64,000 bases of DNA from Raja brachyura (Eukaryota): contig OY740798.1 in assembly GCA_963514005.1 (NCBI GenBank), forward strand, positions 51,646,001-51,710,000, written 5' to 3'. The translations under genes and the position numbers were made by a program. How positions within the stretch are numbered: the first letter of the stretch is position 1; each line of letters starts with the position of its first letter. Below, piece after piece: positions 60,501 through 64,000 of the stretch. The notes under the pieces are model-generated. The model saw nothing but the letters and a program-made list of their open reading frames with translations. It was not told where the DNA came from and ran no database searches.

Positions 60501-62064
60501 AAGTCGGGAGGAAAAATACTGTTTTTTCATACATTTTTTTGGACCCCATTTCGCAACATGAAAAAGTTATTAAAGCCTCCCGAAAAACCAACTTTTAATA
60601 TAAAAATAAACGATTTACCTTTTTTTCTCCCCTACGCAAAATCCTTCCGGTTGTCTGTGCTCACGGCTTTTGAAGGTGATTTTTAAATTACTCTAGTTAA
60701 TAAATAATTTAGAGTAATTTAAAAACACCTTCATTCATGAAATGTCGGAGCGATTTTTCTTCCGCAACGAAATTGCCCGACATTCATTGATTATCCCTGC
60801 CTGTGGAAAAACGGCACTTTAAGCCCGCCCCCCTCTGAAAGGCGCCAAAGTCACGCACACGGGGAGCGGCAGAACTGCAGCGCTGCTCAAGGTAAGTTTT
60901 GTAACATACCTATTTACTGGTGTTTAGAATAGATGATTTGGGATGTTCAGTTGTTTAAAATCTGCTTGGGTGAGACACTTAGTCAAAGATCACTGAAACA
61001 GGCCCTTCGGCCCAACTTGCCGTTGTCAACCAAGGTGCCCCATCTAAACTAGTCCCACCTGCCCGTGATTGGCCCATTTCCATCAATCTATGCTTTTACT
61101 AAAACTCTCATTTTGACCACTTCCGGTCTGCGTTGTAATTAAATATGCGCAAAAACGATCCCCCATAGCGCTAACATTTTTCGCCACCTTACTCACCGTT
61201 CTCCTCTGCTGCAAGTCAAATAAGTTTTGTCCCGATCGGTGAAATATTATAAAAGTTATTGGTCTGTTATTCGCCAGGACGGCGACACCCCTTCCGGCAC
61301 CCACTGTCAATCACCGGCCGCGAGAATAAAGCTGAGGGAGCGTTGTGAGCAGAGTGCGAGCTGTGTTCTGTGTTCTACGAGCGGGGGACCACACCACCCC
61401 TTCCCACATACACCCCCTCCCCTATCCCCACAACCCCCTCTCCTCTGCACCCCCCCACACCCCCCTCCCCTACACCCCACCTTCCCCTCAACCACCCCCT
61501 CCCCCACACTCCCTCCTACCACACACGCCCCTCCTCCCTATCAACCACCCCCATCCACACACCACCCCTACTCCCACCCCCACCATCCCCCCTACCCCCC
61601 CCCCCCCCCCCACCCATGAGGTTGGAGGAGGTGCAGGTGAACCTCTGCCTCAGCTGGAAAGACTGCTTGGGTCCTTGGATGGAGTCGAGGGGGGAGGTAA
61701 AGCGACATTTGTAGCATTTCCTGTGGTTGCAAGGGAAAGTACCAGAGGAAGGGGGTGATTTGTGTGGGAAGGGACGAATTGACCAGGGAATTGGTTCAGG
61801 TAGTCCTTGCTTTCGCCATCCTTCCCGTCCCCTTCACAGCTCTCCCACAGCCTACTCTCTCTGCCTCTTCCTTTTTTTCCCCTCCCCACCGCCCCACATC
61901 AGTGTGAAGAAGGTCTCGACCCGAAACGTCCCCTATTCCTTCGCTCCATAGATGTTGCCTCACCCGCTGAGTTTCTCCAGCATTTTTGTCTACCGTCGGT
62001 TTTTCCAGCATCTGCAGTTCCTTCTTAAACATCAGGTTTAATTAAGTTCTTTTTTATTCTGCAG

Positions 62065-62109
62065 GTTTTGGCAAAATAGAAAATGTTGTCAATGAAAATG
62101 TCGATAAAG
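62065..62109 (+). CDS. 45-bp micro-exon, copy 9
   Basis: Identical to copy 2, with intact AG/GT. Confidence 0.75.
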
Positions 62110-64000
62110 GTAAAAGTCTTCATTTCCAATAGTTACTGTATTTTGAATGTTTGCTTCAAGTAGAAATTTAGATCATTACACATGATCCAAATGTTCTCAA
62201 AACACAAAGCATCTGGGTATTCAATTATCTGGATATTCAAATTACTAGAAAATATAAATCTTTATTCAATGCAAACTATATGCCCTTACTTACTAAATTA
62301 AATGCTTTGATTACATTTTGGAAACACTATTGATGTCTTTAATAGGCAGAATAAATGCCATAAAAATGATTTTTCTGCCACAAATCTTATATCTATTTCA
62401 ATCAATACCAATATATTGACCTACATTTTTTTTAAAAACTTGACTCTGATATCACATAGAAACATAGAAATTAGGTGCAGGAGTAGGCACCTTCGAGCCT
62501 GCACCGCCATTCAATATGATCATGGCTGATCATCCAACTACCTGCCTTCTCTCCATACCCCCTGATCCCCTTAGCCACAAGGGCCACATCTAACTCCCTC
62601 TTAAATATAGCCAATGAACTGGCCTCAACTACCCTCTGTGGCAGAGAGTTCCAGAGACACACCACTCTCTGTGTGAAAAAAGTCCTTCTCATCTCGGTCC
62701 TAAAGGATTTCCCCCTTATCCTTAAGCTGTGACCCCTTGTCCTGGACCTCCCCAACATCGGGAACAATCTTCCTGCATCTGGCCTGTCCAACCCCTTAAG
62801 AATTTTGTAAGTTTTTATAAGATCCCCTCTCAATCTCCTAAATTCTAGAGAGTATAAACCGAGTTTATACAGTCTTTGTTCATAAGACAGTCCTGACATC
62901 CCAGGAATCAGTCTGGTGAACCTTCTCTGCACTCCCTCTATGGCAATAATGTCCTTCCTCAGATTTGGAGACCAGAACTGTACGCAATACTCCAGGTGTG
63001 GCCTCACCAAGACCCTATACAACTGAAGTAGAACCTCCCTGCTCCTATACTCAAATCCTTTTGCTATGAAGCTATCACAATGATATCGCTATGATTGCTA
63101 TCACAAATTTCATATGGGACTATAAGTACTTGTTGGACAATTCTGCCCAGCAGGTAGATTGGATAGCAATGGAGAGAGAGGACTGCTCTCCTTTTAATAT
63201 AGGAGCGATCCTTCTCTCACCAATACAACTGAATAATATAATATACAAGAAAAATCCAATTATTCATCGTACAATACGAACGAGGAGACAAATAAAATCA
63301 ACTTTCAAATTAAGAAATCTATCACGTCGCTCTCCTATTGTTAATAATCCGCCGTTTAAACCATCTACTGTCAATAAAATGTTTACACACTGGGAAAGAA
63401 TAGAAATATTTTTTACAAAAGTATTTAAAACAGAAAAGAACCCCAATGCAGAATTGATTATCTTTGGAACAATGGAGACCGGCTCTGAGCTGACTTCGTT
63501 CCAAGAGAGTTTCCTTAACTATGGCTTAATAACGAGAGGACAAGTTGGTCCAAAGGGCCTGTTTCCACACTGTATGACTACGACTCTGTCTTTGGGATGT
63601 AGGAAGAAACCCGCACGTTCACAGGGGGGGAACGTGCAAACGCCACACAGACAGCACCCGGTGGTCAGGATCGAAACCGGGTCTCTGGCGCCGCGCCACT
63701 GCGCCGACCCTTTCACTTCAAACTTTACACTAGATTTATTTGATTGTCTCTTTCACAACAAAGTTTCACGTTGAATAAATTAGTTTTATTTTTTTACTGG
63801 TGTTGAGAATAGATGATTTGGGATGTTCAGTTGTTTAAAATCAGCTTGGGTGAGACACTTAGTCAAAGATCACTGAAACAGGCCCTTCGGCCCAACTTGC
63901 CGTTGTCAACCAAGGTGCCCCATCTAAACTAGTCCCACCTGCCCGTGATTGGCCCATTTCCATCAATCTATGCTTTTACTAAAACTCTCATCTTGACCAC

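Larger units (their letters stand above)
27865..64000. repeat. Tandem macro-array of 2.9-5.7 kb modular units, running off the window end
   Basis: Near-identical blocks recur. Spacings between micro-exon starts are 4533, 4076, 4061, 4072, 2904, 5720, 2895 and 4537 bp, explained by a core of about 2.2 kb with or without a CR1 insert (about 0.65 kb), a hAT-like insert (2.3 kb) and a duplicated module of about 1.2 kb. Confidence 0.97.

Noticed and set aside
28433-61758. Many proline/histidine-rich ORFs (extensin-like) repeated in the array
   Set aside because: They are products of C-rich low-complexity DNA; the frames shift between copies with homopolymer length and there are no consistent splice signals.

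Overview
Vertebrate genomic DNA, most likely from a cartilaginous fish (inferred from the CR1/Penelope/SINE repeat complement). The window holds the interior of a plus-strand, multi-exon immunoglobulin-superfamily gene. Five symmetric phase-1 exons each encode one C1-set-like domain (2172-2603, 6020-6397, 7289-7588, 11555-22338 split, 24076-24393). Exon 4 is cut into three pieces by two DIRS1-type tyrosine-recombinase retrotransposons inserted tail-to-tail 97 bp apart, each at an ATT core. Removing both restores an open 333-bp exon. One DIRS copy (16959-22263, minus) has intact gag, RT-RNaseH-methyltransferase and YR ORFs; the other is degenerate. Exon 5 carries two stop codons. From about 27.9 kb to the window end lies a tandem macro-array of 2.9-5.7 kb units built from transposon debris. 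Each of the nine exon-bearing units carries one 45-bp phase-1 micro-exon (GFGKIENVVNENVDK) in the same strand and phase as the Ig exons, so the array looks like amplification of a repeat-encoding exon. The rest is CR1, Penelope, L1, SINE, Harbinger and hAT material. The gene's 5' end and any transmembrane or terminal exon are not visible here.
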